DNA from: Rhodopirellula sp.
GTDB taxonomy: Bacteria > Planctomycetota > Planctomycetia > Pirellulales > Pirellulaceae
DNA: 64,000 bases
NCBI GenBank assembly: GCA_002689655.1
Contig: NZHC01000130.1
Location: 27,132 to 91,131 of the forward strand
Direction: 5' to 3'
Part shown: in pieces, positions 57,144 through 64,000 of the stretch
Position numbering within the stretch: the stretch's first letter is position 1
Layout: each line of letters starts with the position of its first letter
The notes under the pieces: generated by a model
Told to the model about the DNA's origin: nothing
What the model saw: the letters and a program-made list of their open reading frames with translations, nothing else
The model's database searches: none
Made by a program: the position numbers and the translations under genes

Positions 57144-58147
57144 GATGCACCGTGAGGCTTGCTCAAGTATTCGTGATGGTTGCGGCTTGTACGCTTAGCG
57201 TGCATGCGCAGTCATCAGGTGGGACGCGATCCGTTCCCAACCACGCGTTATCTCCGGCAACGCAGCAACCGACAAATGCAAAGCGGGCTGGTAAGTCGGG
57301 AAAGTCGAGTGAGAAAAAAAAGCGACCTCCATTCAGTTGGGTCAATCCGCTTCCAAAATCTCATGCACCTGGGCTCAAGCACGCGACATTTTCAAGTTCC
57401 AGCTTGGGACGTGAGGTCGGCTATTTGGTTCTGTTTCCCGAAGGCTATGACCGAACGGAACTGCGATATCCCGTGGTTTACTATCTGCACGGTGGCCGAC
57501 CGGGAAGTGAGTCAAAAAGTTATCGGCTCGCTGATCCGATTCAGAAACTGATGAAATCTTCGGGGATTTCACCGGCAATTTACGTATTCGTCAATGGAGG
57601 TCCCGTCAGTCACTATAACATGCCAGATGATAAGCAGGCTCAGGGAGCCAGCGTGTTCATCAAAGAGTTGATTCCACACATTGATTCAACTTATCGCACG
57701 ATCGCTGATCGTTCGGGGCGCGGCTTGGAGGGTTTTTCGCAGGGCGGTCGTGGGACAATGCGACTTGCGTTGCGTTATCCAGGAGTGTTTTGTAGCGCGG
57801 CCGCCGGCGGTGGTGGATATGAGACCGAGAAACGTATCAGTGATTCAGGCGGCTTTGAGTCTCCGAACTTACGATTCGAAAAGGGCGATAATGTTTGGGA
57901 TCTCGCCAGAGCCTATGGTGGGCGATCAACAGGGCCAAGTGTAAGTTGGATGATTTATGTAGGAACCAAGGGCTTTAATTATCAGAATAACCTTGACTAC
58001 ATGAAGTTTCTCTCAGAGCTCGGAATCGATTTTGAAAGGTTGGTTGTACCGGGAGTTCCTCATTCTGCGAGCGGGGTTTACGCCAAGGCCGGTGAACGAA
58101 TCATGCGGTTCCATGTCAAGAATTTCAGAAATGCGAAATCGAAATGA
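57140..58147 (+). CDS. Secreted alpha/beta-hydrolase (CE1/XynZ-like esterase)
   Basis: Signal ending VHA-Q, YPVVYYLHGG, ELIPHID..YRT, nucleophile elbow GFSQGG and GVPH; 4-bp overlap with the sulfatase. Confidence 0.88.
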   Translation: MRCTVRLAQVFVMVAACTLSVHAQSSGGTRSVPNHALSPATQQPTNAKRAGKSGKSSEKKKRPPFSWVNPLPKSHAPGLKHATFSSSSLGREVGYLVLFPEGYDRTELRYPVVYYLHGGRPGSESKSYRLADPIQKLMKSSGISPAIYVFVNGGPVSHYNMPDDKQAQGASVFIKELIPHIDSTYRTIADRSGRGLEGFSQGGRGTMRLALRYPGVFCSAAAGGGGYETEKRISDSGGFESPNLRFEKGDNVWDLARAYGGRSTGPSVSWMIYVGTKGFNYQNNLDYMKFLSELGIDFERLVVPGVPHSASGVYAKAGERIMRFHVKNFRNAKSK

Positions 58148-58171
58148 GCCTCGTGTTAAATTGAGTGTGAG

Positions 58172-59512
58172 ATGAAAAGTGGTAAGTTAGTGTTGGGGCG
58201 ACGCGAGTTGTTGCTGGCCGGAACTGGAGGGTTGTCTGGCGTGGGTCTTTTGCCCAAAGCCATCGGGAAAAATGCAAACGAGCGTATCCAGATCGGCGTG
58301 ATTGGTTTGGGCTCGCGGGGCTACAATCTGATCGATGCATTGGTGAGGCATCACGACAAGGCTAGAATTGTTGCGATCTGCGACGTGGATAAAACTCATT
58401 ATCGTGATAGGGCGTGGGGTGCAGGAAATGCATATGGTTTGATTCCGGCGGGCCAGAAGATTTCTGCTGCCTATGCAAAGCAGGGTGTGCAAGGATCGGA
58501 AGACGGGATCTCGCGGTATACCGACTATCGCGACCTACTTGATCAGCGTGGCATCGATGCGGTGGTGATCGCTACGCCTGACCATTGGCATGCCAAATGT
58601 ACGCTTGATGCCGTTGCGATTGGAAAAGACGTTTATTGTGAAAAGCCTGTGACGCATCTTTTTGCTGAGGGACAGGCAGTTTACCGCGAGGTGGAAAAGC
58701 GTCAGGCGGTTTTTCAAACGGGATCACAACAGCGCAGCGATCAGCTCTTCCGTCGCGCCGTTGAGCTTGTCAGAAATGGGGTGCTGGGAAAGCTTCACAC
58801 GATCAAAGTCGGGCAGCAAGCGGGCTACGCGCAGCCGATGGGCGATTCCAAGTTGACGGCGATTCCCAAACAACTCAATTACGATTTTTGGTGTGGGCCT
58901 TCCAAAGTATTGCCTTACATGCGTGCCAGGCATCATCGCTGGTGGCGTGGGCACAGTGCCTATGGTGGGGGCGTGCTGATGGATTGGATTGGGCATCACA
59001 ACGATATTGCTCATTGGGCATTGGGTTTGGATGCATCTGGACCGGAGGAAGTGGAGGCCATTGGTTGGACGTTTCCAAAATCGGACATCTACGACACACC
59101 GCTTCGCTACACCATACGATGTGAGTATGCGGGTGGAGTCAGCAGTACGATCTCAAGCGAGAATCCGGCAGGTTTACAAATGATCGGGAGTGAGGGATCC
59201 GTGTTTGTGAATCGAGGCAAGCTGCGGACATCGGATCCACGGTGGGCACTGCCGGACTTTGTTCCGGGGTCGGAGAGCGTGACTGTGTCTGACGATCACA
59301 TGGGCAACTTTTTAAATTGTATTCTTACGCGGCAGCAGCCTGTCGCGCCGGCGGAGGCTGGGCATCGGTCGATCACACCGGGACACTTGGGTTACGTGTC
59401 ACACGCCTTGGGCCGGTCTCTGAGATGGAGTGCCAAGGAAGAGCGTGTGTTGGATGACGAGGATGCAAATCGAAGGTTGCGTCAATTCAAATACCGTCAG
59501 CCATGGAGTTGA
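58172..59512 (+). CDS. Gfo/Idh/MocA oxidoreductase, Tat leader
   Basis: RRELL leader, GVIGLGSRG, IATPDHWH, YCEKP and DWIGHHND. Confidence 0.92.
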   Translation: MKSGKLVLGRRELLLAGTGGLSGVGLLPKAIGKNANERIQIGVIGLGSRGYNLIDALVRHHDKARIVAICDVDKTHYRDRAWGAGNAYGLIPAGQKISAAYAKQGVQGSEDGISRYTDYRDLLDQRGIDAVVIATPDHWHAKCTLDAVAIGKDVYCEKPVTHLFAEGQAVYREVEKRQAVFQTGSQQRSDQLFRRAVELVRNGVLGKLHTIKVGQQAGYAQPMGDSKLTAIPKQLNYDFWCGPSKVLPYMRARHHRWWRGHSAYGGGVLMDWIGHHNDIAHWALGLDASGPEEVEAIGWTFPKSDIYDTPLRYTIRCEYAGGVSSTISSENPAGLQMIGSEGSVFVNRGKLRTSDPRWALPDFVPGSESVTVSDDHMGNFLNCILTRQQPVAPAEAGHRSITPGHLGYVSHALGRSLRWSAKEERVLDDEDANRRLRQFKYRQPWS

Positions 59513-59700
59513 ATATTTGGAGTTGCTGTGTGCTGGTGGCGACTGGTCGTGAGAGCGTGGCTTTTCCTTCCCTGCTTGCTGGTGGCGTCCGAGCGTATGT
59601 TTGGTTGCAGGGGTTGCATTTACCGTGAAGGCAGGGCAGCGTCTGTCCCAATGACAAAGACGGCATGTTGATGACGTCAAAATAGGTTCCACGGACGTTG

Positions 59701-59732
59701 GATTGAGTCGACGGAACTTCGATTGAGTCGAC
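59701..59732. repeat. Direct repeat GATTGAGTCGAC x2 (period 20)
   Basis: Read directly from the sequence. Confidence 0.8.
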
Positions 59733-59827
59733 ACGGGGGCAATTCGAGACCTGCGCGACCGATCAGGAGCTTCTGAACTTCCTGACCCTTGTCAACTTGC
59801 TGTTATCGCGAACGCGCTGCAGCCGCT

Positions 59828-61264
59828 TCATGCAAGCAGCTTTGCTTTGTCTACAAACGTAGTTTTGAATACGTCACGGTATTCCTGGTCTTCTTTAGGA
59901 AAGACAGATTCAAAAGTAGCCGCATCAGCAGCTCCTCGCTGAAATCGTTGCTTTGGATAAGTTGGCATTTCGATACCGGTGACCTGCCGTACTCCTGAAG
60001 ACACGATACTCCCTTTGAGACCGTATAGTTTTTCGTGGTTCCAATCAGTCAGCGCGACAAACGGAACCTCTTCGGCAACTTCAATCACATTGGGAACGGC
60101 AAAGGGGCTAAATCCTGAGAAGCCCAATGCAGCTGCGGGTGCACTGGTGCGCACATGGCCACGGCTTTGTCCACCGCTGTAGACGATTGAATGTTTGACC
60201 GCGTCGACGCCCCATCCTTCTTGGTAGAGCATTCGATTGCCCAAGACGCTGCGAATGGTGAGTTCAGGATTTTCTTCGATTGGATAATCTTTCAGGTTCT
60301 CATCTCCGCCGTCGCCATCGATGAGGTGTTTCCAGTCGGGGTACCGGTTTCGAAGTGCTTTTAGTAGTGCCAGCCCCATGGTTGCTGACTGAACGTCTAG
60401 CGGCTTGTAGTCTTCGATCACACGGATGGCATCCTGCCAAGAGAGATCATGCTTGGGGACGTCGATTACCTCGAGATACATTTCGCGATCAATTTTTTTC
60501 AAAAATTCACGAGCTTGGACGCTATCACTGGGATCCCCATCGACGGCTAACGTGAATGCTTTGAGCCGGGAGGGTGATTGGCCACGTCGACGCATCAGGT
60601 AATCGAGGACAATCAGGACAGCTCCGCTGTCGATTCCACCGCTGAACATGACGCCAATTGGTTCGGTTTCAGGAATGGTTTCCAGCCATTGATCGCAAAC
60701 TTCGGCTAGCCGGCCGATGTAGTTTGCTCCGATTTGGTCGATATCGGCGGGGAGGCGATTTCGCTTGGGCGCGAAAAATCGCGTTAAGACCGGATTCGGG
60801 TCAGGGCAGCCCACCAACTGGAGTTCCAAAAGATGGTGAGCGGGGACCATTCGCGTGTACGAGGGATTAAACTGATCGCTGAGACCTTCTTTCTGAAGTT
60901 GTTGCGCGATTTCGTCAATCCGCTCTGCGATGATGAGTGCAGGGCCCTCAGCTCTTTTGGCAAGGAAATACCGCATGGGGCGGCCAATGGAACGTGCCAT
61001 CCGGATGGTTTTTCCCGCTTGCTCACAGATGGCAAATTGACCACCTATTTGTCGTACAGCTTCAATATCCCCGCGTCTAACCGAAGCAGTCGCTGCATCC
61101 AAGCTGGTTCCAAGTAAGATGTTACCAGCAGGATCGAGAAGATTCACAACCCGATCAATCAACCGCTGTGGTTGTCCTTGAAAGCTTTGCGGTTCATTGA
61201 TCGACGGGGCACCTGTTTGCGAAAATGGGGCCGCTGATTGATCAGATGGTTGGTTTTTTCTCAT
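59828..61264 (-). CDS. Asparagine-synthase-related ATP pyrophosphatase lacking the N-terminal glutaminase Cys
   Basis: PP-loop SGGIDSG, DGDGGDE and degenerate GQFA...ARSIGRP; no MCG start. Confidence 0.8.
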   Translation of the reverse strand: MRKNQPSDQSAAPFSQTGAPSINEPQSFQGQPQRLIDRVVNLLDPAGNILLGTSLDAATASVRRGDIEAVRQIGGQFAICEQAGKTIRMARSIGRPMRYFLAKRAEGPALIIAERIDEIAQQLQKEGLSDQFNPSYTRMVPAHHLLELQLVGCPDPNPVLTRFFAPKRNRLPADIDQIGANYIGRLAEVCDQWLETIPETEPIGVMFSGGIDSGAVLIVLDYLMRRRGQSPSRLKAFTLAVDGDPSDSVQAREFLKKIDREMYLEVIDVPKHDLSWQDAIRVIEDYKPLDVQSATMGLALLKALRNRYPDWKHLIDGDGGDENLKDYPIEENPELTIRSVLGNRMLYQEGWGVDAVKHSIVYSGGQSRGHVRTSAPAAALGFSGFSPFAVPNVIEVAEEVPFVALTDWNHEKLYGLKGSIVSSGVRQVTGIEMPTYPKQRFQRGAADAATFESVFPKEDQEYRDVFKTTFVDKAKLLA

Positions 61265-61517
61265 GAATCGTCGGGTAAAACGAGTTGTTCGGGTTGGTTG
61301 AGGCGTTGAGCAACACCTCAACAGTCATGATAACGATTACCGAAAATAGCATACGGGGTCTTGGATAATGAATTTGAGTGATCATTATCCTGATTCCGGC
61401 TGAAGCAACGAAGACTATGCAACACGAGCTTACATTTTCCAAGCGGCGACTAGAAGTCGGGTTGAGACCCAAAAACTCAACCCAGCAGTACCCTTTCCTC
61501 CCCTTTGCTCCCAGGCG

Positions 61518-64000
61518 GTGACATCCACCGTGGATTTGCACAAATATTTCGGCTCCCAGACGCCTCCCCGAGACAATTTCGTTTCGGTTTTGCGTTATTG
61601 GGCTGAGCATCGACCTAACGAAACAGCTTATATCTTCACTGACGTCGAGTCGGTTGAGCAGCGATTGACGTATTCACAGTTGTGGGACGAAGTACGCTCG
61701 CTCGCTGGTTACCTGCAGGGACGCTGTCGCGTTCGCAGTGGTGATCGTGTGTTGCTGGTTTATCCACCAGGCCTCGACTTTGTGATCGGATTTTATGCGT
61801 GTCATGCCGCCGGGGCGATCGCCGTCCCCGCCTATCCTCCGCGGAGAAACCGTAAGGCGTCGCGAATCCGATCAATCGTTGTGGATGCTGACGCGCGGTG
61901 GGCGTTGACGACGCAAGCGTTGGTGGAACAGTTGACCGGGGATCGTCCGCACGATGACCTAATTGGTGTTCAATTAGTGGGTACTGATGATCCGGCGACA
62001 CGGGATTCCGACGCATGGCGTTTACCCAAGATCAGCCCGAACACGCTTGCCGTGCTGCAGTACACCTCTGGTTCTACAGGATCGCCCAAGGGGGTGATGC
62101 TGAATCACTCCAACTTGATTGCCAATAGTGAACTCATTTTGCATGGTTTCGAACCACAAGTCGAAATTGTGGGGATGAGCTGGTTACCGACCTATCATGA
62201 CATGGGGCTCGTGGGTGGTCTTTTGATGCCTTTGTACATCGGGCGACAAAATGTATTGACCAGTCCGATGACGTTTTTGCAGCGGCCCGTGCGCTGGCTG
62301 CAGGGAATCACCAAGTACGGGGTTACTATCAGCGGCGGCCCGAATTTCGCATTTCAGCTTTGTGTCGACAAGATTCGCGACCACGAATTGGAAGGTCTTG
62401 ATCTGTCCACCTGGGAAATCGCATTCAATGGTGCCGAGCCGATCCGGGCCGCTACATTAAATTCCTTCACTGAGAAGTTTGAGCAGTGTGGTTTTCGAAA
62501 GTCAGCTTTCCTCCCCTGCTATGGAATGGCAGAGACGACCCTGATTGTCACGGGTGGGCCTGCGGAAACTCGCCCCGTGCTGACCACGTTCGACCGCAGT
62601 GCGTTGGACGAGAAGATTGTGCGTCCTGTGCAGGCAGATCACGAGAACGCACGGACACTCGTTGGCTGCGGCACAGTTCTGCCGGATGAGAAAGTGATCA
62701 TCGTCGAGCCCAGCACGCGGGAGATACTGCCTGGCGATAGTATCGGTGAAATTTGGGTCCAAAGCCCGTCGGTGGGGCAAGGTTATTACCAACGCAAGGA
62801 TGCAACACTGCGGACGTTCCACGCGACCACCATTGATGGCGATGGGCCGTACTTGAGAACCGGTGACCTCGGCTTCTTGTATGATGGACAGATCTATATC
62901 TCGGGTCGCGTCAAGGACATGATCATTGTCCGCGGGGTCAATCGTTATCCTCAGGATATTGAGGAGACGGTCGAGAGGTCTAGCGATGCTGTGCAAGCAG
63001 GTTCCGTTGCCGCATTTGCCATGGACTATGAGGGCAGAGAGCAGTTGGTCATCGTTGCTGAGACCGTACGCAGACGAAATATCGATGGAGATGGGAACCT
63101 GCAGAGGATACGCAGGGCTGTAACCGCGGAGCATGATCTGCCTCCCGATGCTGTTTATTTGGTCCGCAACAGCAGTGTCCCAAAAACAAGCAGCGGAAAA
63201 ATCCAGAGGCACGCTTGTTTACACGCGGTGCGGGATGGGGATTTGAAACTGATCGCCAAGTGGGTTCGGTGGGAAGAGAATAACGAAGCTCGGATGAACT
63301 TCGATGCTGCACCGATGATGCAAGCTGCTGCCGCTGGTGGGCGTTCGGCTGACGTCGATGTTAGTAATGTCAGTCCTGTGGTGATTGAGGCAATCAAGCA
63401 TCATGTCCGGCGAGTTGCAGGGGAACGAGCCGTTGCGCTGGAACCAGCCACCAACATTGTTTTGGATCTCGGTTTGGATAGCCTGGAGCGGCTGGAGATA
63501 GCCCGTAAGCTTGAGAAAACGTTTGGTGGTAGGTTCCCCGAACAGGTGCTTGATGACATCGAGACGATCGGTCAGACAGCATTAGCAATCGAGCGTTATC
63601 TGCCCCCGGGGGGCGAGGCCCGCGCGGCTGCCCTGCTCCGAGGTGAAGTCGTGGATGCCGAGGTTGGATCCACCGCTGTGGATCAAGCGGCGGTTGCACC
63701 GAGCGTGGATGTCGAGCCTGAAGACAGCTTTGAGCAGTTTGCTGAATATCGGCGACTGAAAACGACGATGCGGCAGATGTTGATGACCGGTGTACCCAAC
63801 CCGTATTTCACGGTTCACGACGGGATCGTGCGTGATCATACAGTGGTCGATGGGCACGAACTAATCAGTTTTGCGAGCTACAACTACCTCGGGCTCAGCG
63901 GACATCCCGCCGTGATGAACTCTGCAGCGGATGCGATTCAGGAATACGGGACCAGTGTTTCGGCTAGCCGACTTGTTTCCGGTGAAAAACCAATTCATGG
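61518..64000 (+). CDS. Fatty acyl-AMP ligase - ACP - AOS/SPT-like PLP enzyme fusion (3' truncated; absent from ORF track)
   Basis: Hand translation from GTG 61518/61530: YPPGLDF, YTSGSTGSPKGV (62061), WLPTYHDMGL, PCYGMAE, RTGDLGF, PKTSSGK; ACP DLGLDSLE (Ser codon 63480); then NPYF...SFASYNYLGLS (63867)..GTSVSASRLVSG. Confidence 0.92.
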   Translation, partial: MTSTVDLHKYFGSQTPPRDNFVSVLRYWAEHRPNETAYIFTDVESVEQRLTYSQLWDEVRSLAGYLQGRCRVRSGDRVLLVYPPGLDFVIGFYACHAAGAIAVPAYPPRRNRKASRIRSIVVDADARWALTTQALVEQLTGDRPHDDLIGVQLVGTDDPATRDSDAWRLPKISPNTLAVLQYTSGSTGSPKGVMLNHSNLIANSELILHGFEPQVEIVGMSWLPTYHDMGLVGGLLMPLYIGRQNVLTSPMTFLQRPVRWLQGITKYGVTISGGPNFAFQLCVDKIRDHELEGLDLSTWEIAFNGAEPIRAATLNSFTEKFEQCGFRKSAFLPCYGMAETTLIVTGGPAETRPVLTTFDRSALDEKIVRPVQADHENARTLVGCGTVLPDEKVIIVEPSTREILPGDSIGEIWVQSPSVGQGYYQRKDATLRTFHATTIDGDGPYLRTGDLGFLYDGQIYISGRVKDMIIVRGVNRYPQDIEETVERSSDAVQAGSVAAFAMDYEGREQLVIVAETVRRRNIDGDGNLQRIRRAVTAEHDLPPDAVYLVRNSSVPKTSSGKIQRHACLHAVRDGDLKLIAKWVRWEENNEARMNFDAAPMMQAAAAGGRSADVDVSNVSPVVIEAIKHHVRRVAGERAVALEPATNIVLDLGLDSLERLEIARKLEKTFGGRFPEQVLDDIETIGQTALAIERYLPPGGEARAAALLRGEVVDAEVGSTAVDQAAVAPSVDVEPEDSFEQFAEYRRLKTTMRQMLMTGVPNPYFTVHDGIVRDHTVVDGHELISFASYNYLGLSGHPAVMNSAADAIQEYGTSVSASRLVSGEKPIH

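Noticed and set aside
1-64000. tRNA, rRNA, tmRNA, SRP, IS/transposase, integrase, parS, dif
   Set aside because: No T-loop GTTCRA cloverleaf, no conserved RNA signatures, no DDE or recombinase ORF, and no TGTTTCACGTGAAACA were found by eye.

Overview
A gene-dense core-chromosome segment, most likely from a planctomycete of Pirellulaceae type. The taxon is inferred from gene content: a DUF1549/DUF1553 + DUF1501 + PPC module, three Cys-type sulfatases, DUF1080, PQQ-like propellers and an H4MPT-associated HisA/F-like gene. About 47 CDS are supported. Housekeeping genes include smc, cysQ, trpG/pabA, gmd, fcl, glgP, groES, ymdB and a cinA-like gene; many others encode secreted proteins of unknown function. 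I found no rRNA, tRNA, CRISPR array, transposase or integrase by eye. One gene is missing from the ORF track because it runs off the right edge: a FAAL-ACP-AOS(SPT/BioF-like) fusion starting at about 61518. The most interesting leads are: (1) that fusion together with a divergent AsnB-like protein lacking its glutaminase Cys, as a candidate aminolipid/sphingolipid-like system; (2) a pore-less, partly duplicated voltage-sensor-domain protein with a coiled coil; (3) a membrane-anchored glutaminyl-cyclase-like enzyme, with several secreted proteins that appear to start with Gln after signal cleavage; (4) a metzincin-like protease with a 1-residue-extended zinc motif; (5) an NfeD with two apparently inactive protease domains and no SPFH partner; (6) a stand-alone halogenase-like flavoprotein; and (7) frequent short tandem duplications in intergenic DNA. 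All family assignments come from motif recognition from memory; no database searches were run.
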